From positions 20,336,001-20,400,000 of the forward strand of contig OZ024746.1 of assembly GCA_964016885.1 (NCBI GenBank): DNA of 64,000 nt, written 5' to 3'. Shown piece after piece: positions 1-12,800 of the stretch (positions are counted from its first letter, which is position 1; every line of letters starts with the position of its first letter). The notes under the pieces are model-generated. The model did not search any database and was not told the origin of the DNA. It saw only the letters and a program-made list of their open reading frames with translations. The DNA is from Eledone cirrhosa (Eukaryota). Position numbers and translations under genes: made by a program.

Positions 1-2939
1 AAATTGTTGGCCTTGTGTCTAAATCAGAAACCATCATTTAAAACCACAAACGTTTCCCACATATACACTCATACTTCTCTCTCCCAACTCCCCTCCTCAT
101 TATCAGCATTAAATATCACTGTATTGTTGCTTCTTTGCTCCCTTCTATTTTCTCTGTAGCTTTTTAAGTGTCTGCCTTGACATGTTAACTAAAATCTACT
201 TCATTCTAGTGGGTTATTGGAATAAAAAAAATATATTGTGTTTAGTGGATGTCTTACTGCTAATTGTTATTGCATGATTCCAAACTTAACTAAATCTTAA
301 AGATTATTTCCTACGATGGGATTGGGTTATTAATCCTATTGATAATATATCTCTGTTGAAAAAAAACTACCAATAATTTTGAAAATCAAGAATTTGAAGG
401 GGTGTAGTAATAGAATTTTTTTTTTTTTTAAATGATGTGGTGATTGAAACAACAGAAGTTCTTATGTAGAATTTGGATGGAAGGATTTTATGTAATAGAA
501 CAAAGTGTGCTTTTAGCCAGTTTAGTACCAAAAGAGTTAACATTCTTTTGTATTCCCTTTTACACTTCCATCACAGTTCAACTAAAGCTGAAATTCCAAT
601 CACCACCATCATCATCATCATTACATCCATTTCTCCACACTTGCATGGGTTGGAGAGGAAAAGCACTTAGGTTTCCTTTTTTTTTTTCTTTTAGATACAG
701 CATTGTTGACCAGCCATATTTGATAATTAAGTTTTCTTTAAGCTAGGTTTGATTCAACACTTCATCGGCAACAAAATTTCTTTATCATGCATATTTTGCA
801 TGGATAGCTGTGTTTGTGCTGTAAATGCACACTGCATGTCCTTTGCTAGCATGAGTACATTGCACGTCCTCTTTTACATTTTGCTTAATCTTAAGATTAA
901 CTTACCTGTTTTGTGCTTTTAATATCCCAAAGCTTTAATTTAAAAAGAAATGTTCTAAATACTGTTTGTGCTTTTAAAATGATTGCTAATTAATTAATTA
1001 ATTTTTCTATGTTATTAAGTTCTTGTAAATAAATATTAATTAAATTATAAATGAAGCCTTCGTTTTAATTTTCATTCCATTTGAGTACATAAACATATAA
1101 ACAACTGTTTAAATATCTATCTAAACAATAAAATATTTAAATAATTCTAATATCAGGAGTAAAAGTTAATTTAAAAATAAATTAAGTAAACACTTTAAAA
1201 TTTCAATAAATACAAGAGTGTATGATTCCATTAATTAAAATAAGTAATTTTTAAAATATATAATTGATTTTTTTTTTTTATTCATTTAATTTTTTTTTAA
1301 TTATTAAAGAATATTTACACAAATCTACTTCTATGCCGATTATTTCTGTATGATTTCAACTCACTACCATTTTTCACTGACACTAGTTGGTTATCTCATT
1401 TGAGCGATGATGGCCTGGGAATGACTCTGGGTGTTGTTGAGGACAGTCTGAGCAGGCCCCCTTCTGGAGGACTTTCAGGTTGGGGATTATTGACATTTTC
1501 TAAAAATCCATGACATGGCAGTGCTACAGAGAGATACTACCAGTTTGAGACAAGCTCTTCCTTCAGACACGAAAGTGCCAACAAACGGACTTGTCTGAGA
1601 TGCACACAGGATGACAAAACTGTCCTGTGTGCTTTCATCTAGTGACCATGCATTGCTGAGTTGTGGGCTTGTGTTGAACAAATACTATCACATGTAGATC
1701 AGATCCTGCTGGTCTATAGTGAAGAGATTGAACTACCACCTTATTTTAGAAGGGAGACATAGCAAGTCTTCCTCTGTCTGGTAGCCATGACAAAGGAAGC
1801 TGTATGGTCTAAAAGGATTGGGGACATGAATCATCATCTCTGGCTAAGCCCTATTCAACTTCTTGAAGAGGAAGGTGAAGGTAGAGAGAAGAAAGTACTG
1901 CCTTCTAGTTTGTGGAAGATGAATGAGAGCAGTGAGATTGATGGGCCTGATTGGGCCTACACTAACTCTGCTTTCCTAAAGAAGAGGAAAGAAACTGGGA
2001 GACAACACAGGTTTTGTGTGGGGTTTTGTTCTTGTTGATATATATCTATTACAATTTATTTTATTGTTATACCTACTGTTTTCTCTTCCTTGATGTCCCC
2101 TTTATTTGGTGTAAACACTAGTGTTGTTAGTGTTGTATCGTCCCCTGATATCTTGGGCCTTGTGGTCAATAAAAAAAATCATTATTATATTATGTAGTAG
2201 TAGTAGTAAAAGGGCTGTGGATTTGCTGTATCGGTAGAACGTTGGACAACATGCTTTGTGACATATAGCTACATCCTTTTAAATTCTGAATTCAAATTCC
2301 ACTGAGGTTAGCGTTGCCTTTTATCCATACAAGGTTGATAAAATAAAGTACCAGTAATACACTGTAGTTAATTTAATCAACTTATCCCTCCCCCAAAATT
2401 GGCCTTGTGCCTAAACCAGAAACTATTATTTAAAGGCAAAAGTTTAGAAACAGTAAACCATCATCATATACAGTCAATTTAATTGACTTTCCACTTCCCT
2501 TCAAATAGTTGACCTTGTGCCTAAATCAGAAACCATTGTGTTTTCTTCAATAGAGTGATTGTATCTTCTTTACAACTCACTAATTAAAGTTACATTCTCA
2601 GTTTGCTGCTAAACATCACTCTCTAGCATCTCTTGAAGATGAACCTGTTTCACTCCTTTTGCTAGCCCTTTTTTTTCTCTCTCTCCTATCTTGTCTGTAA
2701 TGCCTCTGACTCATTCCTTACATCTACCCTGGGTTATAAATGGTTTAGTGGAATCAGTCTCAACCATCCCTATATTGAAAACCTCTGACTGAATAAGAGG
2801 CCACTACTTGTAACCCAGCAATCACATAGAATCTCTCTCTTTCAAGTACAGAGGACAAAAGCCACTAACCCAACATTTCTGGCTACACCAGGTCCCAAAT
2901 TTTAGAGATGTTTCAACAGAGTACAAGAAATGATATCAA

Positions 2940-3450
2940 GAGGTGCTTCCGCTAGACTCATCACAGGCAAGGAACATAGGTACAAAAGATGGCATAGGTG
3001 GGAGTAGTTAAAGACTAGTCTTGACTAATTGCTATGAATTTTTTATGTATACGCGCCAGTTGGAATTGCTGATGAATCAAGAGACCGCTTCTATGAGGTT
3101 CTCGTGTAAACTAACTCAATGATGAATAATACTAATATCATATTGCCTGGTGAATTTATTGGACATGTTGAGTGACATAAGGAAAAATTCCATGGTATGC
3201 ATGGAGGCTATTGACTTGGAGTGAGAAATGAAATGCAATGCATATGACTTACAATCTGTAATACAAACTTGAGGAAACTAGTCAGCAACATAATCACCTG
3301 AAAAATCAGGTGAACACACAAACTAGATTGATTTTATTTTACTAGAAAATGCATTAGGCAGGTGATACTAAAAGTTTCCCTGGGGAAGAATATACCACTT
3401 GACATAGGTTAATGATTGGTGAGTTAGCCAGAACCACACAGAAACCTAAG
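2940..3450 (+). mobile_element. Highly decayed RTE LINE endonuclease (APE) relic
   Basis: Remnants YAP, FY, GEF.GHV, HGG..G.RN, ICNT, IDFIL across frames. Confidence 0.55.
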
Positions 3451-6400
3451 AAAGATACTTACATACATTCATCTACTTCTTTTTTTGTTCTATTTTCTCA
3501 TTAATAAGCTGCTCGTGGAGAAGGTAATTATTTTCTTCTGCCATTGCTTCGATGTCTTTTTCTTCTGATGTGTGTATCATGGCCAGTTTTGACAAGATCT
3601 AACAAACTCTACACAGATAGACCGACAGTTCTATATCTATATTTTTTACTTTTGTTTACACAAAGGCAGTGGATTGGCAGTATCCAGTATCGGTAAAGAG
3701 TCGGACAATGTGCTTTGCGGTATAGAGTTATGACCCTTTACATTCTGAGTTCAAATCCTGCTGAGGTTAGCTTTGTCTTTCATCCTTGCTGGGTTTGATA
3801 AAATAAAGTACCAGTAATGCTCTGTGGTGGATTTGATCGACTGCCCCTCCCTCCAAAATTGTTGGCCTTGTGCTTAAATCAAAAACCATTATTTTTGTTT
3901 ACACAGGGCTGTGGATTGGCAGTAATCAATAGAGTGTCATACACCATGCTTTGTGTCATAGATTTACAGCCCTTTACACCGTGTACATAAATCAAACCAT
4001 TAATTTTGTTTACACAATCACAAAAATATCCAATGTTTGTTTTCATTGTGTGTTCCATCAGTTTAGGAACATTAAACAATTTTTTTCTTTTTTCATATTC
4101 AACTTTTGAAGTAAATTGATGATAAATGTTGTCCTTTATGGCTTGAGATGCTTCAAGAGAAATAAAGCTTTTATTTAATCAGATTTACACTAATTTGCTT
4201 CAGTTTCAATTCATAATTTTTTCTGTGCAATTTTATGTTTTATGTTTTGATTGTGAAAGCTTTTTTTGGAAATTTCATATTAATTCAATTCAGTTGCTTA
4301 AGCTTTTTGTTTCCCAGTTGTTGTCTTTGACCTTTGACATTGTTTGTTGCTATAACCATCAAAGTGTTTTCTTTTCTTTTATTGGTTTCATACTTTCAAT
4401 TGCAGCCATATTGGATTGTAACCACATTGGACCGTTTGTCAACCATATTAACCAGTATCTCAGTACTTACTTTTAAGTCTGGCACTTTTTATCTATCAAA
4501 TTTCCATTTCATCTGGATTTTTTTTTTTTTTTTTTCCTCAAAATTTTAGCTTGGTCCTTTCCCCCTCCCCCACTACCATACTGCCCACATAACTGGGGTT
4601 GGGTGGTGGATCTGTTCAACCCTCTCTTTTCGTTGATGTTCACCCACCCACATAATTGATAACTGGGGAAGGGGGCTGTTCAACCCTCTCCTTCCTTTGA
4701 TAGTTGTGTCTATAAACCCCCTCCCCCTCCCATCACAGTGTTTCGGGCATTTTAAAAAATGTTTTTGTTTGTAAACCTACTAAAGTGTTAATTGAATACT
4801 TTGAGCTCTAAGAGAGATCTTGTGGGAGGCTGGCTAAAATCTCTAGATGTCAGTTGTTATCGCAACAACAACAATTGACAAAATCTACTGACGATCAATT
4901 TTTTTTAAAGATTATATCAATATTGCTACATTTGTTTAGATGTACACTGATAGTGTCTTTTTTCCTCTTTTTCAGTCATTTTTCACATATTCCCTCTCAT
5001 TTGTTAGACATTAATATATAAAATCTTTCCATATAGGTGGCTTTCACTTATATAATATATCTATCTGTCTTAAAGATATATTCTATATCTGCCAGGAGTT
5101 GCAACCGTTAGATAGTATCAGCAGTTGGAAAGACCAATGGAAACATTGTTTCCTTGGTCCGATCTGACAAGTTCCACCCCACTCAGTAAGCAAATGAGGT
5201 CTGGGATCTTGTCAATTCAGATCATATTTATATTTTATGTTCATATCATGTTTTGATTAATTTTCAAAGAATTTTGAAGAATTTAGTAAAATAGTTTTTT
5301 CATTAAGTTGATGTTAAGAACATAGGCAGTGAATTGGCAGAGTTGTTAGAACATCGGTTAGAATACTTTGCAGTATTCATTCGAGGTCAACTTTTCTTTA
5401 CGTCTATTTAAGAATGATTTAAACAAAAAAAAAGTATCAGTCAAGTACTGGGGGTCAACCCCCCCCCCCCTTCTCTCTCTCTCTTAGAAATCTACTGGAG
5501 AGGAGATGGGTTCTGCTAGGTTTAAAAATACACCTTAGAAATGCAGTATGTCAATATGGCTCCCATCAGGAGTTAGGACTATACATACATACAAGAACTA
5601 AAACAAAGGTCTTACATAAAATTAAGATGGAAGGTTTCAAATTAAATAAGAACACTTTAAAATGAAATGTTTTTTATCACAGAACCAGAGGCAATTTCAA
5701 GCAGGTTTTTATCAAAAGGGTTAAATATAACTTTCTCTACAGCTCTATAAATAGACTTGTATAATTTCAATACCAAAGCAGACAAGTAAAACTTGTGGTA
5801 GAAATATTAGTGACAAAATTAATTCTGTTCTTTGTAGTTACTTAGTCATTCATTTTTCTAAGACCAGTAAATAAGTAGCAGTAATATACTGAGGTTAAAA
5901 TACTGTATAAAAAATATTCTTGTACCTAATCAAAAGTCTCCTATATTACATGCTATTCATGCATGGCATACATGTTCCCGTAACTCCTAAGGGAGTTGAA
6001 GGGGCATTGTATTCACATACAGCATTTGTAGGGCATTTTTAATCTGGTAGGGCCTATCTCCGCTCCAGGTCTGAATACAGTAGATTTCTTTGATAGAAAG
6101 TGAGAGAATGGAAGTGAGAAAGAAATAGGGGAATAATCGACCCCAGTACTTGATTCGTACTTTGAATGGATGAAAGTCAGGCAAAGTTGACCGTGGCAGG
6201 ATTTGAAACGAATACTGCAAAGCATTCTAATGTCTCTGTCAATTCGTCACCTTATTTTATGCTCTATAAAGTTTTTAAAAAGAATGTCATATTGACTTTG
6301 TGGTCCTGGTTACAAATACTTTAGCTGTTCATTTTCAATCAGTGTGCAAGAAAAAATGATTTTGTTTATTAATTTATTTGTTATAATGCATGCTACTTGC

Positions 6401-6722
6401 TTAATTATTTATTTGACACTAATTATAATTTGTTTAGTTGTACTTTATATTTTATTAAGAAACACTTAAGGTATGTATGTTCTTTTTTAAGAGGTTGTAT
6501 ATTTTGTATCTTGCTGCATTTGATGATAATAACCATTACCTTAGGAATCATTGTTTTTCAACAAAACGTATTAAAACAATTACTTGATAGTTTTATAATA
6601 ATCTTGTCAATTATAAATTCTAGAATTAATTCAAAGTCTTAGTATAAATTTGTACTGCTTTTAGAGTGTCATTAGTCCACAAGGAAAATAATTGCATGTC
6701 TTTGTTTATCTTTTGGCTACAG

Positions 6723-6807
6723 GTTGAAGAAGAAGAAGCTGCACAAACACTTGGCCTTGAAGAACGAATCTGTCATTTAGAAAAAGAAAATAAAGACTTA
6801 AAACTAG
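6723..6807 (+). CDS. EEF1D: EEF1D-like exon (leucine zipper start)
   Basis: ctacag|GTTGAAGAA...AAACTAG|gtaatt; [28 protein letters not shown]; phase 0-1. Confidence 0.82.
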
Positions 6808-9800
6808 GTAATTTTCTTTTGTCCATTTACGAAAGTGTTCTGTGTTGATAGTTATAACAACAGCAGGGTTCTGTGTTGGTAGTTATAATGACAGGGTTCT
6901 GTGTTGGTAGTTATAACAACAGCAGGGTTCTGTGTTGGTAGTTATAACAACAGCAGGGTTCTGTGTTGGTAGTTATAATGACAGCAGGGTTCTGTGTTGG
7001 TAGTTATAATGACAGCAGGGTTCTGTGTTGGTAGTTATAACAACAGCAGGGTTCTGTGTTGGTAGTTATAATGACAGCAGGGTTCTGTGTTGGTGGTTAT
7101 ATTGACAACAGGGTTCTGTGTTGGTAGTTCTAATAACAGCAGGGTTCTGTGTTGGTAGTTATAATGACAGCAGGGTTCTGTGTTGGTAATTATAATAACA
7201 GCAGGGTTCTGTGTTGGTAGTTATAATGACAGCAGGGTTCTGTGTTGGTAGTTATAATGACAGGGTTCTGTGTTGGTAGTTATAACAACAGCAGGGTTCT
7301 GTGTTGGTAGTTATAATGACAGCAGGGTTCTGTGTTGGTAGTTATAATGACAGCAGGGTTCTGTGTTGGTAGTTATAACAACAGCAGGGTTCTGTGTTGG
7401 TAGTTATAATGACAGCAGGGTTCTGTGTTGGTGGTTATATTGACAACAGGGTTCTGTGTTGGTAGTTCTAATAACAGCAGGGTTCTGTGTTGGTAGTTAT
7501 AATGACAGCAGGGTTCTGTGTTGGTAATTATAATAACAGCAGGGTTCTGTGTTGGTAGTTATAATGACAGCAGGGTTCTGTGTTGGTAATTATAATAACA
7601 GCAGGGTTCTGTGTTGGTAGTTATAATGACAGCAGGGTTCTGTGTTGGTAGTTATAATGACAGCAGGGTTCTGTGTTGGTAGTTATAATAACAGCAGGGT
7701 TCTGTGTTGGTAGTTATAATAACAGCAGGGTTCTGTGTTGGTAGTTATAATGACAGCAGGGTTCTGTGTTGGTAATTATAATAACAGCAGGGTTCTGTGT
7801 TGGTAGTTATAATGACAGCAGGGTTCTGTGTTGGTAGTTATAATGACAGCAGGGTTCTGTGTTGGTAGTTATAATAACAGCAGGGTTCTGTGTTGGTAGT
7901 TATAACAACAGCAGGGTTCTGTGTTGGTAGTTATAACAACAGCAGGGTTCTGTGTTGGTAGTTATAATGACAGCAGGGTTCTGTGTTGGTAGTTATAATG
8001 ACAGCAGGGTTCTGTGTTGGTAATTATAATAACAGCAGGGTTCTGTGTTGGTAGTTATAATGACAGCAGGGTTCTGTGTTGGTAGTTATAACAACAGCAG
8101 GGTTCTGTGTTGGTAGTTATAATTACAGCAGGGTTCTGTGTTGGTAGTTATAATGACAACAGGGTTCTGTGTTGGTAGTTATAATGACAGCAGGGTTCTG
8201 TATTGGTAGTTATAATAACAGCAGGGTTCTGTGTTGGTAGTTATAATGACAGCAGGGTTCTGTGTTGGTAGTTATAATGACAGCAGGGTTCTGTGTTGGT
8301 AGTTATAATGACAGCAGGGTTCTGTATTGGTAGTTATAATGACAGCAGGGTTCTGTATTGGTAGTTATAATAACAGCAGGATTCTGTGTTGGTAGTTATA
8401 ATGACAACAGGGTTCTGTGTTGGTAGTTATAATGACAGCAGGGTTCTGTGTTGGTAATTATAATAACAGCAGGGTTCTGTGTTGGTAGTTATAATGACAA
8501 CAGGGTTCTGTGTTGGTAGTTATAATAACAGCAGGGTTCTGTGTTGGTAATTATAATAACAGCAGGGTTCTGTGTTGGTAGTTATAATGACAACAGGGTT
8601 CTGTGTTGGTAGTTATAATGACAACAGGGTTCTCTGTTGGTAGTTATAATGACAACAGGGTTCTGTGTTGGTAGTTATAATAACAGCAGGGTTCTGTGTT
8701 GGTAGTTATATTGACAACAGGGTTCTGTGTTGGTAGTTATAATAACAGCAGGGTTCTGTGTTGGTAATTATAATAACAGCAGGGTTCTGTGTTGGTAATT
8801 ATAATAACAGCAGGGTTCTGTGTTGGTAGTTATAATGACAGCAGGGTTCTGTGTTGGTAGTTATATTGACAACAGGGTTCTGTGTTGGTAGTTCTAATGA
8901 CAGCAGGGTTCTGTATTGGTAGTTATAATGACAGCAGGGTTCTGTATTGGTAGTTATAATGACAGCAGGGTTCTGTGTTGGTAGTTATAATGACAGCAGG
9001 GTTCTGTGTTGGTAGTTATAATGACAGCAGGGTTCTGTGTTGGTAGTTATAATGACAGCAGGGTTCTGTGTTGGTAGTTATAATGACAGGGTTCTGTGTT
9101 GGTAGTTATAATGACAACATGGTTCTGTGTTGGTAGTTATGACAACAGGATTTTTTTTGTCGATAGTTTTCATCACTATTTCAGCACTTCTATTGATTAT
9201 TTGGCCATGCTACAATAACTATTATGATGCACCACTATGCAAAAGTACTCTTATTTCTGTGGTTACTGGTATGAAAGTCATTTAGCTTTAGATGCATTTG
9301 CTCTGAAAAAATGAAAAATCCAGAGCCTTCGCACTCCTGTTGAAGGAACCCCTCCCTGGTTGACATCCACCACTTGCTATCTCTGGCCATATTGGTCCAT
9401 GTGGGGCTGAGGTATCAGTTTAGATTGTTGTGCTATTTTCCCTTTGGCCACCCTCTGGTTCTTCTCCACTGCTTTAGTGTCTACTCTGTCACTCTAATAG
9501 TCCACCTGTTGTCTCTGAGATGAGAGACATGGTCAGCCTATCTGTTTGCCCTTCTTGATCTCAGTCTGTTGTCATAGTATTCACTACAACTTAAGATCTT
9601 TATTAGTAGATTGTTTAAATGTCCTATTTCTTTTTATCTTATTAAAGCCCACTAGATTTTCTCTGAAAATGATCTTCCTTTACAATTCCACTTCATGATT
9701 GGTCTATAAGTCTAGGTTGCAGTTGCTACTACTGCCAATCTTTAAATATATCAACATTCAGCATTTAAAAAAAAAACTCTCCTAGCTAGTCTTAGTAGAA

Positions 9801-12800
9801 ACTTTATATTTCCCATATTGCTCTAAATCAGACAAAAGACTTACAAAAATTCCAGCAACTGTTTATATCCTCAATTTTTTAAATCTTAATTACTTCAACA
9901 ATTTTGTTTCCATATTCCTAATGAAATACATAGCCAGTGTTTCAAGTTATTGTGAAAATAATGAAGAATTTGAACAAATTTAGTAACATTTTATTATTAA
10001 GCTGGTTGGAACATTCCTTAAACCTTTAGCATTTACCATTATATTTTCACAGTAAAGGCTTTATTTCACATAATATCTCACCTAATATTGAATCTGAGAT
10101 TTTGATATTATTTATTTTGAGAACAATTTCTTAACATAAGTATGAGTGACCAGTTACGGCTGGTTTGAACAGAAAGAGGTGAGAGAATTCTGGCTAGATA
10201 TAGGTGGTTTAAATGCTAAAGGGTTAAAACGTTCTTGCAAAAAAAGCATGATGGAACGTTTTGTTTTAGATATGAAAACTTTTTATACCCTCAAACCAGG
10301 GCCAGCTTCAGTTGAGAAGGTATCAGAAGAGTTAACATAGTAATACATTTGTTTTCTTTTTTCAGCTGTTGAAGAACTAAGAATATTAACCAGTGCCTTA
10401 AATACTCAGTTGAAGTTTGCCAATAAAAATGAAGTTAAGGCTGTGAGTAATACTAATGATGTGACAAAAATGGAAGTGGAAGCTACTGAACATTCAGAAA
10501 ATTCAGAAGATGATATGGATCTTTTTGGATCTGATGAGGTAACATATGCTGTCATTGTTCTTCTTAAAATATAGCCAATTCCAATATCATAGTTTCAACT
10601 TCTTTTTCTCCTTGTTCCGCTTCCCACTTATTACTTAGAGGGTTGTTGGAGAGTAGTCCTCAGACCTACCTTGAGGATCCTATCAAGAGCAGCCACCAGC
10701 TGGGTCTCTTGCCAGTTGGTGTTGTCCATAAAGTTTGCCCAGCGATTCTTTCCTTAGACATTCTAACCACATGTCCGTAGTATCGACGATGTGATCTTTC
10801 AAATTGGAGATCTCTCATTTCCTGGCTATGCACTCTGTTGAGTAATGTTACTCTGAAGATCCCTCAGAGGAACTCCATTCAGCCGCTTGTATTCACGATT
10901 GTGTACTTTCGGTCATTATCCAAGATCCATGGCCATGTGTAAGGATTAGCATGAACAGCAAATTGAAAATAGCAAGTTGGGTTTTTGCACATACTTCTCT
11001 TCTGATGACCAAGTACTAAAGCTGGCACATTACTGCATTAGCTCCAGCAATTCTTGCATTTAAATTCAGCCACTTGTGTTATATCCAGTGCATGTCAAAG
11101 ATCACCTTCCAATGAATTAAGTAATATTATGTTGTCAGCAAGTTCCAGTCGACTGATCCTACACCCACCTGTTTTGGTACAAGTTCCAACCTGTCTGTAC
11201 ATGTCAATATGTACCCTTGGCAGAGTCCGACACACACACATTGAATGATTTCGATTTAGCACCATTTATCCAAACACAAATACTGGGGCATTTATATAGG
11301 ATATTCAAGGCAACAAGAAGCTGTCCATCGATCCCATATTCCTGCAGAATCTTTACAAGTCCCAGGGAACATGTTCATATACCTTTTCGAGGTCTACATA
11401 CGCTTCTTGGCAATATTCACATGATTTCTCAAAGACCTGCCTCGGTGTCAGTATTTGGTCGGGTGTGCTGTACTCAACAATATCCCTGCATGTCTTTGCC
11501 AGACACTTAGCATAGACTTTACCAGGGAGCCTTAACAAAGAGATTTTTCTATAATTAGAGCAATTTCTCTTGTCTATTGTTTTGAAAATTGGGAATGCTA
11601 TTCCAGAGATCCAGGCTACCTGGCACACAGAATATACCTTCTCTATTTAAGGCTTTTAACATCTCAGCTCGAATTTCATCCTCCCCAGTGGCCTTGCCAC
11701 ATTTGAACACTTTAATTGCTCTGGTGATCTCAGCCTCTCAAAAACTTTAATTTTTAAATATTTTATTATAAAGGAAACTGAAGAACAAATAAAAGAAAGA
11801 GAAGAAAGAGTTAGAGCATATCAAGTGAAAAAATCTAAAAGTAAGTTATGTAATTCTTATTGAAGTTTTTGTTTTACAGTCCAATCCAGGGCTTTTTCAA
11901 TCTTGCTGGAAGAACCCCTCCCCCTACTGTTTTCTGTTTGGTTTTTGTTATGTCATGGGTGTAGCTGTACTCACCGTGATTGGCCAATTGTGTTGGGGTG
12001 GATGGCTATTGACTGGGGAGTTCATCCACTCTTTTAACAGTTCTTGTTTTTTGTGCTGTTAAGTTTCCACTTACCTCCTCACCAGAGCAGGGTCTGAGGA
12101 GCCTGTTTAGTCACTGACCACTCAGCCATGAAACAAGTTGTACTGGGTTATAGTAGCTGGCAGAAGCCTGATCTGAACAGTGACAGACTGGGGTAGAGAG
12201 GACCCTTTGATCCTTTCAAGAACCTCTGGTGTTAGTGCCATAATAAAATGCACTCAGTATGCATTGAGAAGTAGTTGACAATTGAAAGGAGACTATAGTT
12301 TAAGAGGACTCCTTAGTCACACCAAGTACATACCAAACTCTCTAGTGCTGGTGACATATGATGCACTCTGTACACTGTAAAGTGTTAGTGCTGGTGACAG
12401 GAAAAGATGTACCCAATACACTATAAAATGGTAGTGCTGGTAACACAATAAAATGCACCTTGTACACTGTAAAGTAGTTGGCATTAGATAAGGCATCCAG
12501 CCATAGAAACCAATGCACTATCTCTAGCAAAGATGGTTACATCTCGGTGAAGTAAAATACTATAAGTAACTATTATTATGGGGAAAATATCCATATCTAA
12601 CTTTTCATTAGCTTCAAATATCATCCACTATAACTGTTTATTGATTACACTTGAGAAAATATAATTTTACGTCTGTTGTTCCATGTTTGCATGGGTTGGA
12701 AAGGTCCTTCTCAGTACAGCATCTCTCCACTTGTCGCGTTCCTTTGTCATCTCCTCTATGAGCTTCAGTTCTCACTATATCTTCCTTAGTATTCCTCTAC

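Noticed and set aside
770-885. Possible H/ACA snoRNA-like double hairpin ending in ACA
   Set aside because: The stems are short and ambiguous and no clear H box is present; unsupported without a covariance-model search.
444-6642. Short ORFs upstream of the EEF1D exons
   Set aside because: Low-complexity or repeat-derived with no recognisable motifs or consistent splice sites; no additional EEF1D exon could be supported.
6836-9150. CRISPR-like array of ~31-bp repeats
   Set aside because: The units are head-to-tail with no unique spacers, there are no cas genes, and the context is a eukaryotic intron; it is a minisatellite.
9222-9306. Possible C/D snoRNA in an EF1 intron (ATGATGC...CTGA)
   Set aside because: Box C is mismatched, there is no terminal stem, and I could not identify a convincing rRNA-complementary guide.
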